DNA of 64,000 nucleotides from Candidatus Paceibacter sp. (GCA_020725175.1 DYFM01000001.1:1504-65503), one strand, 5' to 3'. Counted from the stretch's first letter, positions 9,579 through 18,722 are shown. The notes: a model not told the origin generated them from the sequence alone. Numbers and translations are program-made.

Positions 9579-9956
9579 ATGAACATCCTTGCTATCGACT
9601 ACGGCACAAAACGTATTGGTCTTGCTTGGGTACAGCTTGGTCTTGGAGTGGTGTTGCCCTATGGAATAATTGAAAAACCTACACTTCAAGGGCAGGTACA
9701 AGCAGTGGTGGAGTTGATAGAAAAAGAAGGCATCGATACTCTGGTGGTGGGGTTGCCACTCGGCCTCAATGGAAAAGAAAATGAAAATACTGAACGGGTA
9801 CACGCATTTGTCTTAGCCTTGAAAAAAGCGAAAGAGATTTCGGTTGAGTTTATCGATGAGCGGTTTAGTTCGAAACAAGCTGATGTGATGGGTGGAGACG
9901 CGAGTCGAGATGAAAAAGCGGCGATGGTATTGTTGCAAAATTATCTAGCAAATTAA
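9579..9956 (+). CDS. ruvX: Putative pre-16S rRNA nuclease / Holliday-junction resolvase-like YqgF
   Basis: 125 aa, MNILAIDYGTKRIGLAW...DTLVVGLPLGLNGKENE... RNase H-like YqgF motifs. Confidence 0.8.
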   Translation: MNILAIDYGTKRIGLAWVQLGLGVVLPYGIIEKPTLQGQVQAVVELIEKEGIDTLVVGLPLGLNGKENENTERVHAFVLALKKAKEISVEFIDERFSSKQADVMGGDASRDEKAAMVLLQNYLAN

Positions 9957-9957
9957 T

Positions 9958-10332
9958 ATGAGGGAAAAAGAACAAACAATACATGTTGGATTAGAAAGCA
10001 ATGTAAATGACATGTGGGCTCGAATAAAAAAAACACTAGAAAATAGCGATGAAAGTAAGTTGTATACTGAAACGGTTGATAGTGTATTTATGCAAATTCA
10101 AGCGATAATTATTTACGAACTTGCAAAAAAAAATAATTGTGTGAACGAAACTGAATGCTCTACTGAGTATACCAGAAGTGGCTTATCAGAGAAGTTTCGT
10201 AAACTTTGGACTGAGACAGTTGACTTGGCATATGAAGGAAAATCCCCAAAGGTTGGAGCGTGGGTAGTCTATCTTATTTCTAAACATAGAGAAAATGAAG
10301 CGCTAGAATTTCTTTTGAAACGATTATTGTAA
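9958..10332 (+). CDS. Hypothetical protein
   Basis: 124-aa ORF tightly packed between ruvX and recO; no recognisable motif. Confidence 0.4.
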   Translation: MREKEQTIHVGLESNVNDMWARIKKTLENSDESKLYTETVDSVFMQIQAIIIYELAKKNNCVNETECSTEYTRSGLSEKFRKLWTETVDLAYEGKSPKVGAWVVYLISKHRENEALEFLLKRLL

Positions 10333-10333
10333 T

Positions 10334-11119
10334 ATGGAATCAATCATTCTCTCCCGCCGCGACTTTCGAGAATTTGATCAGATTATTTCTCTGTACACCA
10401 AAGAAAAGGGAAAGATGGAGCTACTCGCGCGGGGAGTAAAAAAAGTTATTAGTAAAAACACGGCTCATCTCGAGCCATGTTCATATGTGCAGGCAGACAT
10501 TGTGCCGGGAAAAGAAATTGACCATTTGATTCGCGTACAGCCGATCAATTTTTTTTCTTCAATACGACAACATGTACATGCATCACTGGCGGTTCAGTAT
10601 GGAATGAACCTGTTTGATGCGTTGGTACATGTTCATGAGCCGGACCAACGACTGTTTCACTTGTTAAAATCTTGGCTACGGTATATCGATCAAGCAAAAG
10701 AATATCGAGAACTATTGCTTGATAGCTTTGTGCTCAAATTGTTTTCCCTCCTCGGGGTTCAGCCGATATTGGATCGTTGTGTGGTATGTGAAAAACCGTA
10801 TAGTCACATTGTGAGAGACGAATTGAGTGATGTGCCTGGTGAGAATCGTCTTCATCCAGGTTTTTATGTTTCTGCTGGTGGTATAATTTGTCAAACTTGT
10901 CGCGCGGGGAAAGAAAAAAGTGGGGAAAACATAGTGACAGTGGGAATGAAAGAAGTGGGAGATATGGAGATCCTTCTTCGGGCTGAGTGGGTGGTAATCT
11001 CACGTATGTCTATTGGAGAACGTGATTATGAAAATCTTCATCGTTTGGTGTATCAGTTTGCGGTCTTTCATTCTGAGCGACGAATTGGAGATTGGGCGCG
11101 ACTGATGAAAATATTGTGA
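10334..11119 (+). CDS. recO: DNA repair protein RecO
   Basis: 261 aa; N-terminal OB region, central CVVCEK...CQTCR zinc finger; resembles RecO architecture. Confidence 0.75.
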   Translation: MESIILSRRDFREFDQIISLYTKEKGKMELLARGVKKVISKNTAHLEPCSYVQADIVPGKEIDHLIRVQPINFFSSIRQHVHASLAVQYGMNLFDALVHVHEPDQRLFHLLKSWLRYIDQAKEYRELLLDSFVLKLFSLLGVQPILDRCVVCEKPYSHIVRDELSDVPGENRLHPGFYVSAGGIICQTCRAGKEKSGENIVTVGMKEVGDMEILLRAEWVVISRMSIGERDYENLHRLVYQFAVFHSERRIGDWARLMKIL

Positions 11120-11206
11120 AATAGTGCGCGTTTGATTCAGCGGAAAGAGCGGAAAAGAAGCGGAATAAAGTGGAGCTGTTTTTATCACGTGTTCTCAATC
11201 TGCTGT

Positions 11207-11262
11207 TCCAACAAAAAAAGGAAGGGGACAGGTGCTTGCCAACACAAGTCCATCTCAGCACC
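11207..11262 (-). terminator. Hairpin plus T7 run (minus-strand reading) downstream of small minus-strand gene
   Basis: On minus strand gggaaggtgctgaga...caagcacctgtcccc hairpin followed by ttcctttttttgttgg. Confidence 0.5.
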
Positions 11263-11277
11263 TTCCCGAGATCTCCT

Positions 11278-11436
11278 TCACAAGATTGCGATCAGCGCAA
11301 ACACAATGAGAAGGAGGGTAAAGAAACCAATGATCATGGCACAGCCGATCCCTAGGATCACTCCCAGGAGCCGGAGAATGAATATGCCAAGAAAAAAACA
11401 AAAAGTCGCAAAAATAAGAATGAGAATAAACTCCAT
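11278..11436 (-). CDS. Small (52 aa) hydrophobic membrane protein
   Basis: Minus-strand ATG at 11436 preceded by ggaggaaaaa RBS; translation MEFILILIFATFCFFLGIFILRLLGVILGIGCAMIIGFFTLLLIVFALIAIL is two TM helices; has its own terminator. The overlapping plus-strand 106-aa ORF is basic, low-complexity, probably spurious. Confidence 0.45.
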   Translation of the reverse strand: MEFILILIFATFCFFLGIFILRLLGVILGIGCAMIIGFFTLLLIVFALIAIL

Positions 11437-11574
11437 TTTTTCCTCCGTTTAATGGTTGTTTCTCTCTTTTTTACTATAAATCAGATAAAAAATTCCGTCG
11501 AGTAGGGTATTTTTTCAAATATTGCAGAAATGAGCGAAAAGTGCTAGGATACTTGAACAATATAACTTATTTCT

Positions 11575-12873
11575 ATGACAAACACACGTATTACCCATAT
11601 TGGTTCACATGTTGATAAGGAGGTAGCAATTTCCGGCTGGCTCTACAACAGCCGTTCTTCCGGATCAATCGCGTTTTTGGAAATTCGCGATGGTTCAGGA
11701 TTTTTGCAAGCGATTGTAAACAAAGCGGATGTTTCCGAGGATGTTTGGAATGATACACAGAAACTCACTCAAGAATCATCGTTGCGGTTGACAGGAATAG
11801 TTTCAAAACACCCAAAAAAGGAAAACGTATTTGAGCTTCAGGTAAAGGATCTGCAGGTATATCAATTTGCGAGTGAATACCCTATAGCTCATAAAGAGCA
11901 TGGTCCGGAATTTTTGATGGACCATCGACACTTGTGGCTCCGCAGTAAACGACAATGGGCAATTCTTCGGATTCGTGACGTGGTGGAGTCGGCGGTCAAT
12001 GAGTATCTGCATCAAGAAGGATTTGTCCGTACCGATTCCCCGGTGTTTACTCCGAATGCGTGTGAAGGAACGACGACATTATTTGCGGTGCCGTACTTTG
12101 ATCTTGGGGAAGCGTACCTGTCACAGTCTGGACAATTGTATATCGAGGCGGCAATTTCTTCGGTTGGGCGGTGTTATGATTTTGGTCCGGTATTTCGAGC
12201 GGAAAAATCAAAAACAAAGCGTCATTTGACCGAGTTTTGGATGATGGATGCGGAGGCGGCGTTTGTAGAACATGAAGAGAATATGCAGATCCAAGAGGGA
12301 CTTATTAAACATATTGTGAAGCGCTGTCTGGAGCAGTGTCAAGAAGAATTTGCAATTCTTGAAAGAAATATTGAGCCCTTGCAAAAGGTGGTTGAGTTGC
12401 CATTTACCAAATTGACCTACGATGAAGCGATCAAAAAATTACATGAAGAAGGGTCTGATATTAAATATGGTGAAGATCTCGGTAATGACGACGAAGGACT
12501 TCTCACCCAACATAGTCCGGTGCCGGTATTTATTCACAAATGGCCAAAATCAATCAAACCTTTTTACGTCAAACGTGATCCGGAAAATGAAGACTTGGCC
12601 TTGAATGTGGATCTGATTGGTATTGAGGGTTCGGGAGAAATTATCGGTGGCGCGCAACGTGAAGATAATATCCAGTATCTGGAGGAACGAATAAAAGAAG
12701 AGGGATTGAATGAAGCTGATTATACTTGGTATTTGGATTTGCGTCGATATGGTTCAGTGCCACACTCCGGATTTGGATTGGGGCTCGAGAGAATGGTGCG
12801 GTGGATGTCTGGAGTGGAACATATTCGGGAATGTATTCCGTTTCCGAGAACTGTGAATCGATTGAAACCGTAG
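11575..12873 (+). CDS. asnS: Asparagine--tRNA ligase (class IIb)
   Basis: 432 aa; N-terminal OB fold, motif FRAEKSKTKRHLTEFWMMDAEAAF and C-terminal GFGLGLERMV class II motifs; length and motifs fit AsnRS rather than AspRS. Confidence 0.8.
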   Translation: MTNTRITHIGSHVDKEVAISGWLYNSRSSGSIAFLEIRDGSGFLQAIVNKADVSEDVWNDTQKLTQESSLRLTGIVSKHPKKENVFELQVKDLQVYQFASEYPIAHKEHGPEFLMDHRHLWLRSKRQWAILRIRDVVESAVNEYLHQEGFVRTDSPVFTPNACEGTTTLFAVPYFDLGEAYLSQSGQLYIEAAISSVGRCYDFGPVFRAEKSKTKRHLTEFWMMDAEAAFVEHEENMQIQEGLIKHIVKRCLEQCQEEFAILERNIEPLQKVVELPFTKLTYDEAIKKLHEEGSDIKYGEDLGNDDEGLLTQHSPVPVFIHKWPKSIKPFYVKRDPENEDLALNVDLIGIEGSGEIIGGAQREDNIQYLEERIKEEGLNEADYTWYLDLRRYGSVPHSGFGLGLERMVRWMSGVEHIRECIPFPRTVNRLKP

Positions 12874-12919
12874 GAAGGATAATGTAGTGGTTAGTTGTTT
12901 AGTAACTAGTTGTTGTATT

Positions 12920-13369
12920 ATGAAAGAATATTTAACTAGAATTGGCGAAATTGTGGAGGAGATATCTCTTCCGGAACATATTATTGAAAAGTATGAAGAA
13001 ATTCGCCGTGAATACGAAACAATAAAGAGAAGTATTTCTGAATTTCCAATAGAAGATGAGATGAAAAAAGAACTATTAAAACACATTTCTTCGCTTGCAC
13101 CAAATTGGAATTTTGAAAACAGAGATGTAAATGGCCTTTTTGTAGACTTAAGTGAGTTAGGTGCTATTTTAGCTTCAAAGCCATTTGAGATAAGACAGGT
13201 GGTAAAAGCTGATAGTGTTAAGGAATTGGTAAAAGCTTTGAACATGTATAAAAATTCTATAGACAAGCTTCGTAAGGATGTTGTTAGATTTGGAAAAGTA
13301 AAGTACCTAACCTTTTCCGCTTCTCCTGATACTGAATATGGTATTTTACCGGAAAACACCGAAGAGTAA
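12920..13369 (+). CDS. Hypothetical protein
   Basis: ORF between asnS and rsmB-like gene; ATG 12920 preferred over upstream GTG 12887. Confidence 0.4.
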   Translation: MKEYLTRIGEIVEEISLPEHIIEKYEEIRREYETIKRSISEFPIEDEMKKELLKHISSLAPNWNFENRDVNGLFVDLSELGAILASKPFEIRQVVKADSVKELVKALNMYKNSIDKLRKDVVRFGKVKYLTFSASPDTEYGILPENTEE

Positions 13370-13371
13370 GT

Positions 13372-14424
13372 ATGAAACGCAAAAAGAGAAAGGTAGTATC
13401 TTCTACCCTCCCCACTGGTTTTTTAGAGAGGCTCGCGATGTTCGTGAGTCCTTCTGTTTTTCGTGAAATGGAAAAACTGTTTGTGGAGCGACCAACGACG
13501 CTTCGGACAAATGGCATTAAAGTAAAAAAACATGAAAGCATGAAAGCAATATTAGGAGAGTTTGGGTTTAAAACGAGGAAAGTTGATTGGTACAAGGATG
13601 CGATGATTTTGGAAAATAGGACGAAACGAGATTTGACCGAAACGAAACCGTATGAAGAGGGAAAGATATATATACAGAGTTTGGCGAGTATGGTACCGCC
13701 ATTGATTCTTGATCCGAAACCAGGCGAAAAAGTGCTGGATCTCACAGCTGCGCCGGGGAGTAAAACATCGCAGATGGCGATGATGATGGAGAAGACCGGT
13801 GAGTTGGTGGCAAATGATAATAATAAAGTGAGGTTTTTTAAATTGAAGCACAATATGGAGTTGTTGGGGGTGGTCGGTGATGCCGACACCCCCCACCACT
13901 CCGGCGGGCAGGCATCCCCAACCTCTCCCCTAAACGGGGAGGGGGGATTGAGTTCTGATTGGAAATTTGTTTTACGGATGGAGCATGGTGCAAAGTTATG
14001 TCGAGAGTATCCGGAATATTTTGATAAGATACTACTTGATGCGCCATGTAGTGCGGAGGCGAGATTTGTGCTTGGTAATCCAAAGACGTTTGGGTATTGG
14101 AGTGAACGAAAAATTAAAGAAATGGCCTATAAACAGCGGCAGTTGCTTTTGGCGGCGTGGGGAGCGCTGAAGCCGGGTGGAGTGCTGGTGTATTCTACTT
14201 GTACCATGGCACCGGAAGAGAATGAGGTACAGATTTCTCGGTTATTGGAACGAAATCCTGATGCAGAAATCGAGAACATTGCAATTCCGGGTTTGAAAGT
14301 CGTCCCACCGGTGTTGACCTGGAAAGAAAAAGCTCTGCATTCTGGTGTAAAGAAAAGTTTGCGGATTATGCCAACGAAGGAAGTGGAGGGATTTTTTGTG
14401 GCAAAAATTCGGAAGAGGAAGTAA
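13372..14424 (+). CDS. RsmB/Sun/NOP2-family rRNA (cytosine-C5)-methyltransferase carrying an in-frame GC-rich palindromic insertion
   Basis: LDLTAAPGSKTSQ (SAM binding), ILLDAPCSAEA (motif IV Cys) and VYSTCTMAPEENE (motif VI Cys); insertion GDADTPHHSGGQASPTSPLNGEGGLSSD encoded by GC-rich 13876-13950. Confidence 0.8.
   Translation: MKRKKRKVVSSTLPTGFLERLAMFVSPSVFREMEKLFVERPTTLRTNGIKVKKHESMKAILGEFGFKTRKVDWYKDAMILENRTKRDLTETKPYEEGKIYIQSLASMVPPLILDPKPGEKVLDLTAAPGSKTSQMAMMMEKTGELVANDNNKVRFFKLKHNMELLGVVGDADTPHHSGGQASPTSPLNGEGGLSSDWKFVLRMEHGAKLCREYPEYFDKILLDAPCSAEARFVLGNPKTFGYWSERKIKEMAYKQRQLLLAAWGALKPGGVLVYSTCTMAPEENEVQISRLLERNPDAEIENIAIPGLKVVPPVLTWKEKALHSGVKKSLRIMPTKEVEGFFVAKIRKRK
13876..13950. 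mobile_element. GC-rich palindromic (REP/RPE-like) element inserted in frame in rsmB-like gene; core ctcccctaaacggggaggggg
   Basis: Local GC far above the ~42% background; hairpin ctcccc-taaac-ggggag; ORF stays open through it. Confidence 0.65.
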
Positions 14425-14437
14425 GAATGATGTTTAT

Positions 14438-15013
14438 ATGAAAAGGAGGAACAGAAAACGTAATCGAAAAAACGGATTTGATTATGCGGTGGATGGTTTT
14501 TATTTTATTACCATTTGTGTGAAAGATCGGATGTAATGTTTAGGACGTATTCATAACGGTCGCATGTGCGTCAATCGATTTGGAACAATTGTTTGGTGGC
14601 AATGGAAATGGTTGGAACGTCAATATTCGTTTGTGCGATTACATGAATTTATCGTGATGCCGAATCATGTGCATGGGGTGGTGGAAATATGTCGTTCATC
14701 CGTTCGTCCGACCGTTGGAATGATAATCGATGCGACGTCAACCGTAGGGAGAGGTCTAGACCTGTCCCTACGGTTGGACGAACCGGCGGTTGAACAAAAA
14801 CCATTGTCATTGTCCAATATCATCGGCGCATTAAAAACCACATCATCAAAATTGATTCATGAACATGGTTTACCGTCATTTCGTTGGCAACGATCATTTT
14901 ACGATGTTATTATCCGTGATCCGCGTGCATTATATGGTATTCAACAGTATATTCGAGAGAATCCATTAAAATGGTGGCGAGATAGAAATAATGAAGAAGG
15001 TATATTTATCTAA
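14438..15013 (+). pseudogene. REP-associated tyrosine transposase (RAYT / IS200-like Y1 HUH transposase) interrupted by in-frame TAA at 14534-14536
   Basis: N-part MKRRNRKRNRKNGFDYAVDGFYFITICVKDRM* matches the RAYT N-terminus; downstream in the same frame ...FIVMPNHVHGVV (HUH) and RWQRSFYDVIIRD...YIRENPLKWW (catalytic Tyr region). A near-perfect 38-bp palindrome (14739-14776), nested in a ~90 bp dyad, is inserted in frame. Confidence 0.6.
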
Positions 15014-15074
15014 AATAAGCCAAAAATTATCCAAAAACTACATATTGCCAAACAGGACCGTTTTTGATATCATA

Positions 15075-15100
15075 ATTGCGTTATTTAACGCAATTTTTTT
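15075..15100 (+). terminator. Hairpin plus T-run between RAYT pseudogene and aspS
   Basis: attgcgttatttaacgcaat followed by ttttttt. Confidence 0.5.
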
Positions 15101-15102
15101 GT

Positions 15103-16941
15103 ATGTCGTATAGAACACATACCTGTGGAGAACTCAGGAAAGAGCATGTTGGTCAGGAGGTAACTATTGCCGGATGGGTGCACAAGCGCCGAGATCTGGG
15201 TGGTTTGGTATTTGTCGATTTGCGTGATCGGTACGGGGTGACACAGGTAGTATTTAACCCCGACGAAATGGCCGATTTTTCTTTGGCGGAAGGGTTGAAA
15301 TATGAATATGTACTTTCGGTGGTAGGTGAAGTAGTGGCTCGAGAAGAAAAGACCGTGAATAAAGATTTGGCTACCGGAGCAGTGGAGTTGCGCGCAAAAC
15401 GATTGGAAATTTTGAGCGCGGCAAAAGCCATGCCGTTTGAAATTTTTGAGACAGGCAAAGGCGAAGAGGATGAAGAACTGCGGTTGAAATATAGATTTTT
15501 GGAATTACGTCGTCAAAAATTGAAAGATAATATTTTGTTTCGAGCAAAAATGGTGGCGCACATTCGAAAATATATGGAAGATCGTGGTTTTATCGATATC
15601 GCGACACCGATTTTAACAGTCAGTTCACCGGAAGGCGCGCGTGATTTTTTGGTCCCTAGTCGATTGCATCAAGGAAAATTTTACGCGTTACCACAAGCCC
15701 CACAGCAGTACAAACAACTCTTGATGGTGGCCGGCTTTGATCGATATTATCAAATTGCGCCGTGTCTGCGTGATGAAGATCCACGGGCAGATCGTTCACC
15801 AGGTGAATTTTATCAGTTGGACTGTGAAACCAGTTTTCTTACGCAAGATGAATTTTTCAACTTGATGGAACCGTTGTTTGTCGAGCTAACAGAACAGGTG
15901 GCCGGAAAAAAAGTGCAGCAAAAACCGTTCCCGAGAATTCCGTATAAAGAGGTGATGGAGACGTATGGCATGGATCGTCCGGATTTGCGCTTTGGTTTGA
16001 AAATAAAAGACATAACTGAATTTGCAAAGACCGTTTCATTTTCTATTTTTCAAGACGCTCCGGTTGTTCGGGCACTGGCTATTCCAGGTGGGGCGACGTT
16101 TACCCGCAAAGAAATTGATGAAGAATTTACTGACGTGGCGAAGCGAGCGCATGCCAAGGGTTTGGCGTGGATGAAGTTTGTGGACGGAAAATTTGATGGT
16201 GGCATTACGAAATTTTTTACTCCGGAACAATTACAGACGTTGAAGGTTCAGTTGGAAGAAACACTAGCTGATTCTCGCGTTCGACCCCTCCCCAATGCTC
16301 CTCTAAAAGGGGAGGGAGACGGTGTCTCTCTCGAGGGAAGTATTGTGTTTTTTGGGGCGGACAGTTGGGAAGTGTCGGCAAAGGCATTGGGAGCGGTACG
16401 AGCACTGGCTGGTGAAAAGTTACAACTAGCTGACCCAAATGAAATTGCCTGGGCATGGGTGGTTGATTTTCCATTTTTTGAGTGGAACGAAGATCAACAA
16501 AAAATTGATTTCGCGCACAATCCGTTTTCTATGCCACAAGGTGGTATGGATGCACTCTTAAATAAAAATCCACTGGATATAGTGGCATTTCAATACGATA
16601 TTATTGCCAATGGATTGGAATTGTCTTCCGGGGCAGTGCGAAATAAAGACGCGGAGATTATGTATAAGGCATTTGAAATTGCCGGGTACGGAAAAGAAGT
16701 GGTTGATCAGAAATTTGGTCATATGATTCGGGCATTTGAATTTGGCGCACCACCTCACTGTGGGTTTGCCCCAGGAATTGAACGTCTAGCCATGCTTTTG
16801 ACTGGAGAAAAAAATATCCGTGCCGTGGTACCATTCCCCAAGAATCAACGAGCCGAAGAACCAATGGTGGGAAGTCCGAGTGAAGTGAGTCGGGAGCAGC
16901 TGAAGGAGCTGGGGATTGATATTAAAAAAAATAATACATAG
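15103..16941 (+). CDS. aspS: Aspartate--tRNA ligase (bacterial type with GAD insertion domain) carrying an in-frame palindromic insertion
   Basis: MSYRTHTCGELRKEHVGQEVTIAGWVHKRRDLGGLVFVDLRDRYG... OB anticodon-binding domain; FYQLDCE, GFAPGIERL class II motifs; ATG 15103 preferred over TTG 15076. Confidence 0.9.
   Translation: MSYRTHTCGELRKEHVGQEVTIAGWVHKRRDLGGLVFVDLRDRYGVTQVVFNPDEMADFSLAEGLKYEYVLSVVGEVVAREEKTVNKDLATGAVELRAKRLEILSAAKAMPFEIFETGKGEEDEELRLKYRFLELRRQKLKDNILFRAKMVAHIRKYMEDRGFIDIATPILTVSSPEGARDFLVPSRLHQGKFYALPQAPQQYKQLLMVAGFDRYYQIAPCLRDEDPRADRSPGEFYQLDCETSFLTQDEFFNLMEPLFVELTEQVAGKKVQQKPFPRIPYKEVMETYGMDRPDLRFGLKIKDITEFAKTVSFSIFQDAPVVRALAIPGGATFTRKEIDEEFTDVAKRAHAKGLAWMKFVDGKFDGGITKFFTPEQLQTLKVQLEETLADSRVRPLPNAPLKGEGDGVSLEGSIVFFGADSWEVSAKALGAVRALAGEKLQLADPNEIAWAWVVDFPFFEWNEDQQKIDFAHNPFSMPQGGMDALLNKNPLDIVAFQYDIIANGLELSSGAVRNKDAEIMYKAFEIAGYGKEVVDQKFGHMIRAFEFGAPPHCGFAPGIERLAMLLTGEKNIRAVVPFPKNQRAEEPMVGSPSEVSREQLKELGIDIKKNNT
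16284..16335. mobile_element. GC-rich palindromic element in frame inside aspS; core ctcctctaaaaggggaggg (same family as the rsmB insert) plus gagacggtgtctc hairpin
   Basis: 14/16 identity of core tcctctaaaaggggag to rsmB core tcccctaaacggggag; encodes RVRPLPNAPLKGEGDGVSLEGS. Confidence 0.65.
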
Positions 16942-16955
16942 AAGGACTGTACTGT

Positions 16956-18722
16956 ATGCACCACCTGTTGTCATTTTCTGACATCCAACATATTTTGAGT
17001 ATAAAACTGTTGTTGGTGGTATTTGTGATAAGCGGATTGTTATTTTTGTACAAAAAATGGCATCCGCTTATTTTTTTACTGCTAACCGGTACGTTGATTG
17101 CTCTTTCGTATAGTATTTTAGTTGACGATCTTGGACTCATGTTTTGGGGGCTTCGGGGCGATGAAGTAACGATTGCTGCCATGTATCAAATGTTTGCGCA
17201 CGGAAGTTTTTTCTCTGACTTTGGATTTCCGGAGTTACCACCATTTTATCCACCATTCTTTTTTTGGCTTTTTGCGATTCCGGGAAAAATATTTCAGTGG
17301 AATGGTGTTATGATGGCCAAAGTTGCCACCGCTACAACCATGTTTATTTTTCCGGCTCTCACGTATGTCATTCAGTCGCGATATTGGAAAACGCATACAT
17401 CAGAATCAAATACACATGAAGTAATGCCAGGAATAATTGCCTGGTTTTTAGCACCGTTTCTTATTTTTTTCTTGACTGATTGGGATGCGTTTATTTTAAA
17501 ACCGTACGAAATATTGGCGGCTATGGGAAGCGTATTGTGGGTGAGTTATTTACTCAATGATTTGCACCGCGGAGTTTGGAGTAAAACACGAGTCGTTGTT
17601 TATGCTTTGACCGGCGGGGTATTATTCATGATGTACTATTTATGGTTGATTTACGGTGCCATGGCCATTGCGTTGTCTGGTCTGTTTGTTCCAAAAAAAG
17701 AGCAAGGCAAGTTTTATCTTCGTCTCATTATTCTCGCGGTACTTACTTTGTTAGTTGCTATTCCGTATCTCGGACCATTGGTACATTCATACGCAGTGCA
17801 TGGAACAGAAAACTGGCCGGTTGCATTTATGAGTTTGCGTGGACTTGATCTGTACGTACAGATGGTGCAGTGGTTTAGTTGGCGAGGGATTGTTCTCCTG
17901 TTTGGGTTCATTGTATTATTGTGGTATCGACACGTTGTGTACATACGTTCACTTCTTCTTTTGTTTATTGTTGGGTACATTTGGCAAATAATGGGTTGGA
18001 CGACTATTTTGTTGTTTGCCGCACCGCTGCAGGAATTTAAGCCATTTGATTTTTATCATTTCACAATTTTGGCATTTGCCGCAGCGTACGGGATAGAACG
18101 TGGATATGTGCTGTTGAAAGAAAGGTATGTTGACAGTAATAAACAATGGCAGATAGTGGTACCGATTGTTGGTTTGGTATTTATAACGCCGTCGATGATA
18201 TTTGGTTCTTTTATTGATGACCCACGAGTGCAAGAACGTCGATTAGCGTCAAAAGAGGTGGGTTTACCGGTACGTGAATTGGTGGAATATCTTCAGACAG
18301 AGAGAGTATTTCCGGGATTAAAAACAGTCCATTCGAGTATCGGACAGGTACATGCGTTTGTCCCAATAAATTCATACATTTATTTCAATCAGCACAATAA
18401 TCATCCGGCAACACGATTTTCAGAAAAATTTGTGTACCTTGATATTGCGTCCAAATCTTCCACTCCGGCTGAACTATATCAAGCTGTTTCGTCCATACCG
18501 GCTGGTCCAATTGATCGGTTTATATTATACAAAAACTATGATAATCCGGATTATGAACTGTATTTTCATGTTGATGACTTTCCAAACGGAGCAAAAGATC
18601 AAGGAATTTATTTTAAAAAAACATTGTTTGCAGAACCGTACTTTACTAAAAAATTGGAAAATCGGGAGTTTGTGGTGTGGGAGAGAAATGTTGATATCGC
18701 AATTTCTGAGATAGATTTATGA
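16956..18722 (+). CDS. Polytopic membrane protein, putative GT-C-type glycosyl/arabinosyltransferase
   Basis: 588 aa, >10 hydrophobic segments, large C-terminal soluble domain; overlaps the next gene by 4 nt (ATGA). Confidence 0.45.
   Translation: MHHLLSFSDIQHILSIKLLLVVFVISGLLFLYKKWHPLIFLLLTGTLIALSYSILVDDLGLMFWGLRGDEVTIAAMYQMFAHGSFFSDFGFPELPPFYPPFFFWLFAIPGKIFQWNGVMMAKVATATTMFIFPALTYVIQSRYWKTHTSESNTHEVMPGIIAWFLAPFLIFFLTDWDAFILKPYEILAAMGSVLWVSYLLNDLHRGVWSKTRVVVYALTGGVLFMMYYLWLIYGAMAIALSGLFVPKKEQGKFYLRLIILAVLTLLVAIPYLGPLVHSYAVHGTENWPVAFMSLRGLDLYVQMVQWFSWRGIVLLFGFIVLLWYRHVVYIRSLLLLFIVGYIWQIMGWTTILLFAAPLQEFKPFDFYHFTILAFAAAYGIERGYVLLKERYVDSNKQWQIVVPIVGLVFITPSMIFGSFIDDPRVQERRLASKEVGLPVRELVEYLQTERVFPGLKTVHSSIGQVHAFVPINSYIYFNQHNNHPATRFSEKFVYLDIASKSSTPAELYQAVSSIPAGPIDRFILYKNYDNPDYELYFHVDDFPNGAKDQGIYFKKTLFAEPYFTKKLENREFVVWERNVDIAISEIDL

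Noticed and set aside
14534-14536. Considered that the in-frame TAA in the RAYT gene reflects an alternative genetic code
   Set aside because: Known reassignments in reduced bacteria affect UGA, not UAA. All other genes in the window terminate and read normally under the standard bacterial code, and TGA is used as a stop (recG).
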